A DNA stretch of 64,000 nt from Methanotrichaceae archaeon (GCA_963748825.1 CAVVKN010000007.1:9488-73487), one strand, 5' to 3'; positions 39,318 to 49,785 are shown, counted from the stretch's first letter. Notes: generated by a model from the letters alone, not told the origin. Numbers and translations: made by a program.

Positions 39318-42050
39318 ATGGCGTCTGAGTCTGAAAATAAGTGGCATGCCCTGAATACTGACCAGGTTCTGCAAAAATTGGATAGCAACTCACGGGGTTT
39401 GAGTTCGGATGAGGCTGTCAGACGCTACAAGTCTTTCGGCCCCAATGAGCTGGAGGAAGGCAAGAAACTGAGCAAGCTCGCTCTGGCAATCGAGCAGGTG
39501 AAAAATCCTCTTATCGCCGTCCTCGGCCTGGCTGCCGTCATCTCCTTTCTGGCTGACAAGATGATAGATGCAGCCGTTATAATTGCCGTAATTTGCATCA
39601 ACACTGCTCTGGGTTTTTTTAAAGAGTATAAAGCGGAAGAGGCCATTTTGGCGCTCAGATCCCAGGCTTCGGCCGAAGCCAGGGTCTTGCGGGATTGCCC
39701 GGAGGCGGGAATCTGCCAGGAGATGCGCATCAAATCCCAGGAGGTAGTTCCTGGCGACATCATTCTTCTGGAGGCAGGTGCAAAGGTCCCGGCCGACTCG
39801 CGCATCATCGAGCAGGCGAATTTAGAGGTGGATGGATCCATGCTCACCGGCGAATCGGTGCCTGCGAGAAAAACGGCCGACACTCTGGAAGGAGGCCTGG
39901 TCATTGCGGAAAGGGACAATATCATTTTTGCAGGAACGGTGGTCACATCCGGAAGGTGCAAAGCCGCTGTATTTGCCACGGGAATGAATAGCGAGATGGG
40001 AAAGATTGCCCGGCAGATAACCAAAACACAGAAGGCCAAGACTCCCCTCAAGAGGCGCACTCTGGATCTCTCCAAGAAACTGATGATTCTGGCACTCTTC
40101 GCCAGCAGCCTGACAATGGTGGTGGGTTTTTGGCGAGGATTTGAACTCATCGAGCTGTTTCTCTTTACACTGGCCATGGCAGTCTCAGCCATCCCCGAGG
40201 GCCTTCCCGCAGCCATAACCGTCACCTTAGCGGTGGGAGTCAGCCGCATGGCAGGCCGCCACGCCATCATCCGCAGACTTGATGCTGTGGAGACGCTGGG
40301 GTCGGTCACCGCGGTTTGCACTGATAAGACCGGAACTCTGACCACCAATCAGATGACGGTTCAAAAGATTTTCCTGGCGGGCCGCATGGTTGATGTCTCA
40401 GGGATAGGATTTCAGCCCGAGGGCGGCTTTGAGCTGGATAAAGTGCCGCTGAAGGCATTGGAGGACGAGAGCCTGGCCATGTTTCTTAAGATCGCGGCCC
40501 TGTGCAATGATGCATCTCTTAAAACCCATAAAGAAGAGAAAGATAGATGGGAAATTCTGGGAGACCCGACAGAGGGCGCTTTGGTGGTGGCTTCGGCCAA
40601 AGCCGGTCTGCATAAGAGCGAGCTTGATGAAAGCTATCCCCGCATCGACGAGATACCCTTTGATCCAAAGAACAGGTACATGTCAACCATTCACCGCACT
40701 GCTTCGGGAGAGGTGCTGGCATTGCTCAAAGGAGCGCCGGAGACGATCCTCGATATGTGCTCCCGGGTTTTGGAGAATGGAAAACTTGCGGACCTCACCA
40801 GGGAGAAAAAGGATGATTATCTTGTGGCCGGCTCCCAGATGGCTGGAGAGGCCCTGAGGGTCCTGGCCATGGCCTATGTCGCTATTGCCCCTGAAGAGAT
40901 TGAAAATTTTAAAAAGAACGGCCCTGGCAATCTGATTTTTTCCGGTTTTTCAGGTATGATCGATCCACCCAGGCCTGAGGCCATCAGGTCTGTAAAGCTT
41001 TGCAAGAGAGCGGGAATAAAGGTTACCATGGCCACGGGAGATCATAAGGTAACCGCACAGGCCATAGCCAGGGAGATTGGAATCTATGAGGAAGGGTCGA
41101 AGGTTCTGACCGGCCTGGACCTGGACAGCCTGAGCGATAAAGAGCTGGACGATTTAATTCAGGATACCACCGTCTTCGCCCGCGTCTCTCCCAAGCATAA
41201 GCATCGCATAGTGCAATCGCTGCAGAGAAGAGGTCACATCGTAGCCATGACCGGAGACGGAGTCAATGACGCTCCTGCCCTCAAGGCGGCAGAGATCGGC
41301 ATCGCCATGGGCATAACAGGAACCGATGTCACCAAAGAGACTGCGGACATGATTCTGACGGATGACAACTTTCAGAGCATAGTGAACGCGGTGGAAGAGG
41401 GCAGGGTTATCTTCGAGAATATCAGAAAGGTGGTGAAATATCTCATCAGCACAAATGCGGGAGAGATCCTCACCATCCTGGTGGCCCTGGTATTCCTGGC
41501 TATAAATGTGCTGATCTTCACTCCGGTGCAGATCCTGTGGGTCAATTTGGTGACCGACGGGCTGCTGGTAATAAATCTGGCCATGGAGCCCAAAGAAGAG
41601 GATGTGATGGACCAGCCACCCAGAAACCCCAAGGCAAACATCATCAATATGGATGTCCTGAAAAATGTGTTGTTTGTTGCTGTTTTCATGGCCGCAGGAA
41701 CGCTCTTTGTGTTCATTAGGGAGCTGAATGGCGGAGACATCTACAGGGCTCAGACTTTAGGCTTTACCACCCTGGCCATGTTCCAGATATTCAATGCACT
41801 CAACTGCAGGTCCAGAGACAAGTCCGTCTTTCAGATCGGACTGTTCAGCAACAAATATCTGATAGCGGCCATAGCCGTATCCTTAACCCTGCAGCTGTTG
41901 GCGACAACGTTGCCATTCTTTCAGATGGCACTGGGAACGGTTGCGCTCTCGCTTAATGATTGGGCTACCATCTTTGCCGTCTCAAGTACGGTATTCGTGG
42001 CCGATGAGCTGAGGAAGCTGGTAAAAAGAAAAAGGATGCAAAGTGACTGA
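39318..42050 (+). CDS. P-type cation-transporting ATPase (P2A, Ca2+-type)
   Basis: TGES, IPEGLP, DKTGTLT, KGAPE, DPPR, TGD, GDGVNDAPALK and LWVNLVTDG. Confidence 0.96.
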   Translation: MASESENKWHALNTDQVLQKLDSNSRGLSSDEAVRRYKSFGPNELEEGKKLSKLALAIEQVKNPLIAVLGLAAVISFLADKMIDAAVIIAVICINTALGFFKEYKAEEAILALRSQASAEARVLRDCPEAGICQEMRIKSQEVVPGDIILLEAGAKVPADSRIIEQANLEVDGSMLTGESVPARKTADTLEGGLVIAERDNIIFAGTVVTSGRCKAAVFATGMNSEMGKIARQITKTQKAKTPLKRRTLDLSKKLMILALFASSLTMVVGFWRGFELIELFLFTLAMAVSAIPEGLPAAITVTLAVGVSRMAGRHAIIRRLDAVETLGSVTAVCTDKTGTLTTNQMTVQKIFLAGRMVDVSGIGFQPEGGFELDKVPLKALEDESLAMFLKIAALCNDASLKTHKEEKDRWEILGDPTEGALVVASAKAGLHKSELDESYPRIDEIPFDPKNRYMSTIHRTASGEVLALLKGAPETILDMCSRVLENGKLADLTREKKDDYLVAGSQMAGEALRVLAMAYVAIAPEEIENFKKNGPGNLIFSGFSGMIDPPRPEAIRSVKLCKRAGIKVTMATGDHKVTAQAIAREIGIYEEGSKVLTGLDLDSLSDKELDDLIQDTTVFARVSPKHKHRIVQSLQRRGHIVAMTGDGVNDAPALKAAEIGIAMGITGTDVTKETADMILTDDNFQSIVNAVEEGRVIFENIRKVVKYLISTNAGEILTILVALVFLAINVLIFTPVQILWVNLVTDGLLVINLAMEPKEEDVMDQPPRNPKANIINMDVLKNVLFVAVFMAAGTLFVFIRELNGGDIYRAQTLGFTTLAMFQIFNALNCRSRDKSVFQIGLFSNKYLIAAIAVSLTLQLLATTLPFFQMALGTVALSLNDWATIFAVSSTVFVADELRKLVKRKRMQSD

Positions 42051-42065
42051 AAAAGTACCATCGAG

Positions 42066-42230
42066 GTCTTCATCAAAGATACCAAAAACCTTCTCGTGGA
42101 TTGGGTGGAAGACGGCTGGCTTGAGGTGACAAACCCCTCTCGCCGCGCTCGTGCCTATAAATTATCGGCAAAATATCGGCAATACGTCGGCAGCTTATCG
42201 GTAATGCCTCGGGAAGAAGAGAAGAACGAA
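42066..42230 (+). pseudogene. C-terminal remnant resembling the wHTH tail of Fic-family proteins
   Basis: LLVDWVEDGWLEVTNPSRRARAYKLSAKYRQYVGSLS with no upstream Fic domain; family recognised from memory. Confidence 0.5.
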
Positions 42231-42768
42231 CGCGGATTGAGTACAAGCGCATTTCTATCACTTCATGCAAAAGCTTTTTCCCGTTTGCCGCCGCTAAGCC
42301 GTCATCGGGAGGATAATTGCATTTGACCCTGAGCCTCAAGTTCCATAATCTCATTTTGAAGTCCTGCCTCGCTTTTCCGATCGCCCTCGTCAGCCCCGGC
42401 CCGGAGCCCTGTCTTCATGCCCGATCCCGTCCGCTGGGGTCCGGACAATCCCCATCCTCTCTCCCAGATGAGGACATAGCCCGGTCTGGGATGGCAAGTA
42501 CGACGAGTACGGCCGCCGTCGCAACGTGGGACGAAGGCCGGGGCGCCTGCCCCGGGCAGAAGATCGAGACGGTGGACGAAGCCCCGGGAGCGAGGCCCTG
42601 GCATCCGGCCAGACCACTTTTGGGGAGCTGTCCACTACCTTGCAGGAGGACTTTCGAAACCGGCTCATCGGGGGCGAGAACAGCAGGTAATGGCCTCGCT
42701 GCTTAAGGAGTTCCGGGGTAAGACCTGCATCAGAGGCCAGAACCTACGCAGATGATGGGATGTAATAA

Positions 42769-43560
42769 ATGGTGAAATCCAGCAAGGCGATCTACTCTAG
42801 CAAAATACTAAAAGCAGGATCGATCCTAGCAGAGACAAAGATACTGCTAGCTGACTGGGACAACTCAGTTTCTGTGAATCAAAATCTTGATCGTTTTCGT
42901 CAGAGTAACATTCTTGGAAAGGCATCCCGTTCCAGGGTAGAAGACATCTTGCAAGTATTTAGGCAGCGCTACTTGGTTGAGGAGCAAGTTAGAAAAGCGC
43001 TTGTTAGCCTAATGAAGGCAAGATTCTCAGCAGATAGCCTACATCTGATTTTGTACTTTCATGCGGCAAGATCCGATCCGCTCATTCACGACTTCGTAAT
43101 TGAAGTTCTATGGCCGAGGTATCAGATTGGAAGGCAGGATATTCTAGTAAAAGACGCTGAAAACTGGATACGAGAGAAAATCTCCAAAGGAGTAACGACT
43201 AGACCCTGGTCAGACAACACTATAGAGAAATCTGCTCAGGGATTGATGAGCACATTAAGAGACTTCGGCGTTCTACAAGGACTAAAGAATAAACGTCTTG
43301 CTCCGGCTTATTTGCCTGTGGATGCCTTCTCTTACGTCGCCTTTTTCCTGAGCAGACTTCAGCCATCCGGCAAACGTCTTCTGGAAAGCAAAGAGTGGCA
43401 ATTATTCTTCCTGAGAACAGAGGCCGCAGAGCACCTCTTTATGGAAGCCCACCAGCAGCATTTACTGGATTATCATGCCGCTGGTTCCGTAGTCAGGATT
43501 GTATTCCCGTCTGATTCCATCGAGGAGTATGTTCATGTTATCCTTAAAAGAACGTATTGA
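42769..43560 (+). CDS. brxA: BREX protein BrxA (DUF1819-like)
   Basis: NILGKASRSR; LILYFHAARSDPLIHDFV; WSDNTIEK..QGLMSTLRDFGVL; first gene of the brxABC block. Confidence 0.8.
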   Translation: MVKSSKAIYSSKILKAGSILAETKILLADWDNSVSVNQNLDRFRQSNILGKASRSRVEDILQVFRQRYLVEEQVRKALVSLMKARFSADSLHLILYFHAARSDPLIHDFVIEVLWPRYQIGRQDILVKDAENWIREKISKGVTTRPWSDNTIEKSAQGLMSTLRDFGVLQGLKNKRLAPAYLPVDAFSYVAFFLSRLQPSGKRLLESKEWQLFFLRTEAAEHLFMEAHQQHLLDYHAAGSVVRIVFPSDSIEEYVHVILKRTY

Positions 43561-44113
43561 GCTTTTGGAAAATGACCTAAAGGCAAAGCCGCCGCGGGTA
43601 AGCGTTTACCATGATATGCCGTTTGCCATATTAAGGTATGAGCCTCAAGAGGAGTGGACGCTGCGTAAAGAGCTAAGCTTGCTGAACACCAGATTGAACG
43701 CTATGGGAAAGGATGTAGTGCTGATATCTTTGGCTGAATTGCTTTGGGAAGCCATAGAAAAATCCGAGGGGTTGGAAGAAATAACAAACCTCGAAAAGGA
43801 TATGGGATTTGAAAAGGCGCAGGAGCAAGTTACCATCTACCTTTCCGATTCTGATTATCGACCACTTAGGGAAATGCTGGCTGAGCGCTTGGAGTTGCTT
43901 GATCCAGATAAACATATTGCTTTTTTGATAAGATCCGCTTGCATGGCTCCGGCGATATATCCTATGTCCAGGCTTCTTGACGAAATGCATGGCTACACCA
44001 GGGTAACAACAATACTCTTCTATCCGGGGACAATAGAGGGAACAACTGGCCTTCGTTTTATGGATTTAGATGACAGAGAAGTTCAGGGAAATTATAGAGT
44101 GAAGATTTACTGA
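43535..44113 (+). CDS. brxB: BREX protein BrxB (DUF1788-like)
   Basis: PFAILRYEPQEEW...ILFYPGT...GLRFM...NYR; overlaps the brxA end; GAGGAG RBS. Confidence 0.82.
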   Translation: MLSLKERIELLENDLKAKPPRVSVYHDMPFAILRYEPQEEWTLRKELSLLNTRLNAMGKDVVLISLAELLWEAIEKSEGLEEITNLEKDMGFEKAQEQVTIYLSDSDYRPLREMLAERLELLDPDKHIAFLIRSACMAPAIYPMSRLLDEMHGYTRVTTILFYPGTIEGTTGLRFMDLDDREVQGNYRVKIY

Positions 44114-44122
44114 TATTTACTG

Positions 44123-47100
44123 ATGTTAGTGGGAGATTCAGGAATGGAATTAATCGGGGATCTACTCTCCAGGGATCTAAACCAGGTCATTGAAGAGATA
44201 ATACAGGTGGATCAGCTGGATGAGCAGACAGTCTACTCGGAGATTACTGAGTATGTGGCAACGAGCCGGATTAAGGATCACTACAGGTCGCTCCTGAAGG
44301 CAATCGCAGAAGCTCCATCTGAGCCTCATGAAGGTGTAGGGATCTGGATCTCTGGTTTCTTTGGCTCCGGTAAATCTTCCTTCGCCAAGAATCTGGGCTA
44401 CGTATTGGCCAATCCCACGATACTGAGAAACAGTTACAGCGACCTCTTCAAAAATCAGCTTAAAGACAGAAGGATCAGCGAATTGGTGGATTTCATCAAC
44501 AAGGGATTTCCCACCGAGGTGATCATGTTTGACATCTCCAAGGCCAAGGAGGTCAAAAGAGGAGATGAGAAGATTGCGGAGGTCATCTACCGGCGATTGC
44601 TCTCCCATTTGGACTATGCTGAGGATTACGATATTGCCGAACTGGAGATCGAGCTGGAAGGCGATGGACGGCTCAATGAGTTCTTAGGGTTTTCCAGAGA
44701 GGTCAACGGCAAGGAGTGGAGCGCGGCCAGAAAAGGAGCTATGAAGATCAATTACGCCTCTGCAATCCTTCATAAAATGAATCCAGAGACATTTCCAGAA
44801 GCCGATTCCTGGGCCAAATCTCTCCAGGGAAAGCATCCTACTCTTACTATCGAACTGGTTGTTGATCGGGCCTTTGAGCTTACGGCAAGGAGGCGCCCCG
44901 GAAAAGCTCTTTTCTTCATAATCGACGAGGTCGGACAGTACGTTGCTCGCAGTGTGGACAGGATTGAAGATCTCCGTGCCTTAGTGGAACAGTTCGGCAA
45001 GGTCAGCAAGAATCGCTTGAAGGCAAAGAAGGCTATCGCTCCCTCATGGATCGCCGTTACATCTCAAGAAAAGCTGGAAGAAGTTGTGGCCGCTCTGGAT
45101 TCAAAAAGAGTAGAGCTGGCAAAACTCCAGGACAGGTTCAAGTACAGGGTGGATCTTGCTCCCGCTGATATTCGAGAGGTAGCAAGCCGCAGAGTGCTGG
45201 CCAAAAAGGATGATGCGATAGCGGTCTTGAAGAGCTTATTTGATAGAGCCCAGGGACAGCTGAACCTCAGCTGCCGGCTGGAGAGGACATCACGAAGGAG
45301 CGAGGTCCTGGAAGAGGAGTTCATCCAGAGTTACCCATATCTTCCTCATTTTATCGATATGTCCATCGACATAATGTCTGGCATCCGATTGCAGCCGGGC
45401 GCAGACAAGCATCTGGGCGGAAGCAACCGGACAATAATCAAGCAGGCCCATGAGATGCTGGTCAATGAAAGGACGGCTTTGAAGGACAAACCAGTAGGTG
45501 CCCTGGTGACTCTCGATAAGATCTTCGACCTTGTGGAGGGGAATATCTCCACGGAAAAAAGAAAAGATATCGATGACATCAGACGAGGTTTTAAAACTGA
45601 GTCGGAATGGGCCTTGCGGGTGGCAAAGGCGATATGCCTGCTGGAGTTCATCAGGGACCTTCCCAGGACCGAGGCTAATATTTCAGCCTGTCTGGTAAAT
45701 GAAGTCAGCAGGCCCGCGCCCTTAGCCGATGTGAAAACGGCTTTGGATCTCCTCTTGGAGGCAAAGTTCGTTCGAAACTCGGAGGATGGGTGGAAGCTGC
45801 AGACTGCGGAGGAGAAGAGCTGGGAGACGGAGAGAAGAAGCCTGGAGCCGAAAGCGAGGGAGAGGAGAGATATTCTCAACGAAGCCGTATCCGGCATGTT
45901 TGGCGAGCTGGGGCTTAAAAGCTATCGTTTCCAGAAGCTGAAGACCTTTAAAGTGGGAGTCAGCTATAACGGTGACAAGGTAGAGGATGGACAGATATCG
46001 CTTTCCATCATGAGTTCGGACGATATCTCGGCTTTCCAGGCCAGAAAAGAGGAGATCAGGGCGGAGAGCAGGCAGGAAGGCCGCAAGAACGAGATATATT
46101 TTGTGTTTCCGCTAAACGCTGAGATCGATGCAACGGTTTCAGATCTGCATTCCTCCAGGGAGATGGTCAAGAAGTATGATCATCTGCGGGCACAAAACAA
46201 GATCGCAGGGGAGCAGGCTGCACTGCTGGAAGGCGAGAAGAAGGAAATTAGCAGGAAGAAGTCCAGGCTGCAGGAAAAGGTATCTGAGGCTTTTATGAGC
46301 GGGGCCTCCATGTTCCGGGGCAGCTCCAAGGACGGATCGGATCTGGGAAAGAGCCTTGAGAATGCAATCAAGAATCTTTTGGATGATGTCGTCCTGGACC
46401 TTTATCCCAGGCTGCCCATGTGGGCCCGCCCGCTCAAAGGAAATGAGGCGGAGGAGCTGCTGAAGGCTGCCAATCTGAGCGGGCTTCCTGCTATCTTTTG
46501 CAACAGCGAGCTGGGGATGAATCTGGTTGTGAGAGACAGCCAGAAATTTGTGATCAATTGCGAAGCTGAGGTGGCAAAGGAGGTTCTCGACCACTTAATC
46601 CGGGAGCACGGCTTTGGAAACCGGGAGACTCGGACCGGCAAGGCTCTTGAGGCTCACTTCGGGGGGCTGGGCTACGGAGGAGACCAGGATATGCTCAGGC
46701 TGGTTCTGGCGGTGCTTTTCCGGGGTGGGGCGATTGAAACATCCTTCGGAGGTCAGCGTTTTGATTCCTATCAGGACACGGCCAGCCATGAGGCTTTCAA
46801 TAACAGCCGAACATTCAGGTCAGCTCTCTTTACTCCTGCAACGGTCATTCCCATCCAGAATCTCACCCGAGCGGTAGAGAGATTCGAAGAGATAACCGGC
46901 GGGACTGTGGATGTGGACAAAAATGCCATCGCATCCGCCTTCAAGCAGTTCGCTGAGAAGGAGATGCGAGGGCTGCTCCCTATCGAGGAGAGGATCAGGG
47001 CAAACGGCCTGCCTGGGCAGGATAGGTTCGAGAAGGTCAAAGAGATCCTTCAGCAGGCAAGAAAAGGGACAGCAGAAGAGGTTGTGGGCATTCTGGCAGG

Positions 47101-47791
47101 GGAGGGCAAGTCGCTGAAGGAATCTCTGGACAGCGTTCACAGAATCAGGGATTCCATGAACGATGAGGCCCTTAAGTCCGTCAAAAACGCGCGCTCGGCT
47201 CTGAAAGAAATGTGGCCAGTCCTAAAGGTTTGTCTCGAAGATGATGACGAGATCAAGGAGATGGCTGCGGACCTTGATGCGCTTCTGCTGTCTGCGGATT
47301 TGTATGATAAGCTCAGCGAGATGAAGAGAGCTTCAGCGGAAATATCAGGGCGCTACTTCAAGATTTACACCAGTACGCATGACTCAAGGAGGGATGCCTT
47401 CCAGGCAGTCATCGATGAGATCAAGCTAACTTCTGATTGGGGGACGATCAAAGAGAGCATGAGAGAGTCGATCTTGCGAGAGCTGACGGCAAAGGGATGC
47501 GAGGATCAAGAAATTGGGCAAAACAGCGTTTATTGCTCCAATTGTAGGGCAAGCATCCCGCAGATGGAGTCCGACAGCCGGGCCCTGGCAGAGATCAAGA
47601 CCAGTGCACTGCAAAGGATGGCGGAGCTTATGCAGACGGCAGGCGGGCCAAAGCGAGTGGAGAGGGTGCGCCTTTCCAAAATATACAAAGGCAAGGTCGA
47701 CTCCAAGGAATCAGTGGATAGAGCTGTAGAAGCACTGCGAGAGCACCTGATGAAGCTTCTTTTGGAAAACGCAAGCATAATCCTGGAGTGA
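44123..47791 (+). CDS. brxC: BREX P-loop ATPase BrxC
   Basis: IWISGFFGSGKS Walker A, IIDEVGQY Walker B, TSQE, LQDRF and YP.LPH motifs; 1222 aa. Confidence 0.92.
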   Translation: MLVGDSGMELIGDLLSRDLNQVIEEIIQVDQLDEQTVYSEITEYVATSRIKDHYRSLLKAIAEAPSEPHEGVGIWISGFFGSGKSSFAKNLGYVLANPTILRNSYSDLFKNQLKDRRISELVDFINKGFPTEVIMFDISKAKEVKRGDEKIAEVIYRRLLSHLDYAEDYDIAELEIELEGDGRLNEFLGFSREVNGKEWSAARKGAMKINYASAILHKMNPETFPEADSWAKSLQGKHPTLTIELVVDRAFELTARRRPGKALFFIIDEVGQYVARSVDRIEDLRALVEQFGKVSKNRLKAKKAIAPSWIAVTSQEKLEEVVAALDSKRVELAKLQDRFKYRVDLAPADIREVASRRVLAKKDDAIAVLKSLFDRAQGQLNLSCRLERTSRRSEVLEEEFIQSYPYLPHFIDMSIDIMSGIRLQPGADKHLGGSNRTIIKQAHEMLVNERTALKDKPVGALVTLDKIFDLVEGNISTEKRKDIDDIRRGFKTESEWALRVAKAICLLEFIRDLPRTEANISACLVNEVSRPAPLADVKTALDLLLEAKFVRNSEDGWKLQTAEEKSWETERRSLEPKARERRDILNEAVSGMFGELGLKSYRFQKLKTFKVGVSYNGDKVEDGQISLSIMSSDDISAFQARKEEIRAESRQEGRKNEIYFVFPLNAEIDATVSDLHSSREMVKKYDHLRAQNKIAGEQAALLEGEKKEISRKKSRLQEKVSEAFMSGASMFRGSSKDGSDLGKSLENAIKNLLDDVVLDLYPRLPMWARPLKGNEAEELLKAANLSGLPAIFCNSELGMNLVVRDSQKFVINCEAEVAKEVLDHLIREHGFGNRETRTGKALEAHFGGLGYGGDQDMLRLVLAVLFRGGAIETSFGGQRFDSYQDTASHEAFNNSRTFRSALFTPATVIPIQNLTRAVERFEEITGGTVDVDKNAIASAFKQFAEKEMRGLLPIEERIRANGLPGQDRFEKVKEILQQARKGTAEEVVGILAGEGKSLKESLDSVHRIRDSMNDEALKSVKNARSALKEMWPVLKVCLEDDDEIKEMAADLDALLLSADLYDKLSEMKRASAEISGRYFKIYTSTHDSRRDAFQAVIDEIKLTSDWGTIKESMRESILRELTAKGCEDQEIGQNSVYCSNCRASIPQMESDSRALAEIKTSALQRMAELMQTAGGPKRVERVRLSKIYKGKVDSKESVDRAVEALREHLMKLLLENASIILE

Positions 47792-47818
47792 TGAAGATGA
47801 AGGAAAAGATGGGCAATT

Positions 47819-48298
47819 CTATTCTTGGCGGAGGAAATCGCCCATATCATCTTTTTCTGATATCATCCATCTTCCTTTTCCCAAAATTTTATCCAATTTA
47901 ACTTTCTTGGCTTTCTCCAGAGGAGAGGAGCCGTGGCATCTTATGTAGCATTTGAAAAGGAGATCTTCATGAATAGCCCTCTTGTGAGGATCGCTCCTGA
48001 AGCTCTCGATCAGGATATCTCTCGTCTTGAGAATCTGCTCAATGGCATCGCCTAAATCGCCTTTCTTGAGCTCCACCAGGCAGAGCACTTTTTGGCCGCC
48101 TCTGGTGAAGAAGACCGCAAGATCGCACAGCTTGCCATCATATCCCATGTCCTTACGAAATGGTCCATTTGGACCTTCGTCAATTCTGAAAAACAAGACG
48201 ACTTCATCAGTGGCACGTCGCACACTCACAGTGACTTTATTCTCCGTGAAGCTGTTGCCTTGCCACAGGCATCTCGATAGCAGAGTATTAAAAGGCAT
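47819..48298 (-). CDS. Small putative PD-(D/E)xK nuclease (159 aa)
   Basis: CDLAVF...LCLVELKK...AIEQI pattern; AGGTGA RBS overlapping the ATPase stop, 10 nt gap. Confidence 0.65.
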   Translation of the reverse strand: MPFNTLLSRCLWQGNSFTENKVTVSVRRATDEVVLFFRIDEGPNGPFRKDMGYDGKLCDLAVFFTRGGQKVLCLVELKKGDLGDAIEQILKTRDILIESFRSDPHKRAIHEDLLFKCYIRCHGSSPLEKAKKVKLDKILGKGRWMISEKDDMGDFLRQE

Positions 48299-48308
48299 CC
48301 TGCTTCAC

Positions 48309-49694
48309 CTAAATCTGGAAATAAATATTGGATACCTGCTCTGACACATCCCCGAAGGTTCCCCAGTCAATCATCCCGTCCTCAGAAAGCACATTTTTGG
48401 CCGTGCCGTCTTCAAAGAGGTAAACCGACACCTTATCCTTGGAGAGGAATGCCTCCGACGTCTTCAGGTAAAACTTCTCCGCTGCCTCATCCGGCCGCTC
48501 CTTTTTTGCGCCCTCCATGATATTGACCAGATGATCGACGATGTAAGGGCTGTGGGTGGTGACGATTATCCTGATCCCCGAGTTCACGAGGATGGCAAGC
48601 AGCTCTATGATCTTGGCCTGGGCCTCTGGATGAAGGTTCATTTCCGGCTCGTCTATGACCAGAAGATCTCCTGGCATGGCTACGTAGGTCAGATAGAGAT
48701 ACAATGGCGAGAGTGACTTTACCAGGGAGGCAGTGGCAGGGATCTCTACAGTCTTTCCGTCTGCGCCCGATGGCTTGAATAGAACTCTGTTGGCCTTGAG
48801 CACAGGGTCCGATTGGATGAGTTGCAGATCTCCTTTTAGAAGCTCTGTGCGAAGGAGGTTCGCCAATTCCAGGTACCGTCTCACATGAAGATCATTGTCG
48901 GCGGTCTCTTCTCTGTCTTTGAGATTGCCTCTATCCCTGATATCGGCGATCATGCTCATTAGATTGTCTATTGGATATGATTGATTGAATGAACCGGAAT
49001 CAATCCGGTTCCTCAGATCCCCAATTTTTGGAGGCGAAAGAGCCAGGGAGGAATAAGCGATCCTTTCCGGTGGGAAAAAGAAGATTCTGGGATAAATGGA
49101 ACGAATCAGGGGGGTTAATACTGCAGAATGAGAAAATTCATCAATTCCCGTGGATAGTGGTTTTGAATCATCCTCGCTGCCTGCTACATAGAATTTTATT
49201 GATCGTTCCCCTTTAATTTTCTGGATATGAAGTGTCTCTAACCTCCTAAGTCCTAACGGTATCTTCCATGAAGAAGCATAATTCATGATACCCTCGGACC
49301 ATTCGTTCGTCATATCACTGGGATCGAGACTAAGCTCAAGTTCTTCAAAAATTGAGTCATCAGTTCCCAGGTATTTTCCCAACGAGCGAGACGCTGTTCT
49401 TGCAAGATCATTCAGGAATTGGGACCCTCGGATTTGCTGAAATTCAATGAGGTCTATTAGCGCAGTGCCGTTCTCGGCAAACGAAGAGTTTGCCTCGTCT
49501 ACTTCAGAATAATTGATGGATCCAAGCCTAAATCGCTCCAGTAACTCGAATATACATAAGGATGAAAAAGCAGATGCGATCAGATAAGCCGTCCAGGTCT
49601 TGCCGGTATTATTTTGGCCGATAAAGACGGTCAGAGGTTTAATATTAATATTTGCCTCCCTTACTGGCCCCAGATTTCTGATAACTGCATGCAT
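48309..49694 (-). CDS. ABC-type (AAA_15/AAA_21-like) ATPase
   Basis: IRNLGPVREA..I.IKPLTVFIGQNNTGKT Walker A, LLVIDEPEMNLHP Walker B/D-loop, TTHSPY H-loop; start at 49694 or 49748. Confidence 0.88.
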   Translation of the reverse strand: MHAVIRNLGPVREANINIKPLTVFIGQNNTGKTWTAYLIASAFSSLCIFELLERFRLGSINYSEVDEANSSFAENGTALIDLIEFQQIRGSQFLNDLARTASRSLGKYLGTDDSIFEELELSLDPSDMTNEWSEGIMNYASSWKIPLGLRRLETLHIQKIKGERSIKFYVAGSEDDSKPLSTGIDEFSHSAVLTPLIRSIYPRIFFFPPERIAYSSLALSPPKIGDLRNRIDSGSFNQSYPIDNLMSMIADIRDRGNLKDREETADNDLHVRRYLELANLLRTELLKGDLQLIQSDPVLKANRVLFKPSGADGKTVEIPATASLVKSLSPLYLYLTYVAMPGDLLVIDEPEMNLHPEAQAKIIELLAILVNSGIRIIVTTHSPYIVDHLVNIMEGAKKERPDEAAEKFYLKTSEAFLSKDKVSVYLFEDGTAKNVLSEDGMIDWGTFGDVSEQVSNIYFQI

Positions 49695-49785
49695 TCGCAA
49701 TTCTATTGGCAAAGCATTGGTTAAATTAATATCGCTTCCACTCCTCATCGAAATCATTTTAGACTCTGAAGATGTGTGATTCCTC

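Noticed and set aside
34850-42092. 14-nt match gataccaaaaacct between about 34860 (minus) and about 42080 (plus)
   Set aside because: Short, AT-rich, inverted, and not at any boundary that defines a plausible element; treated as chance.
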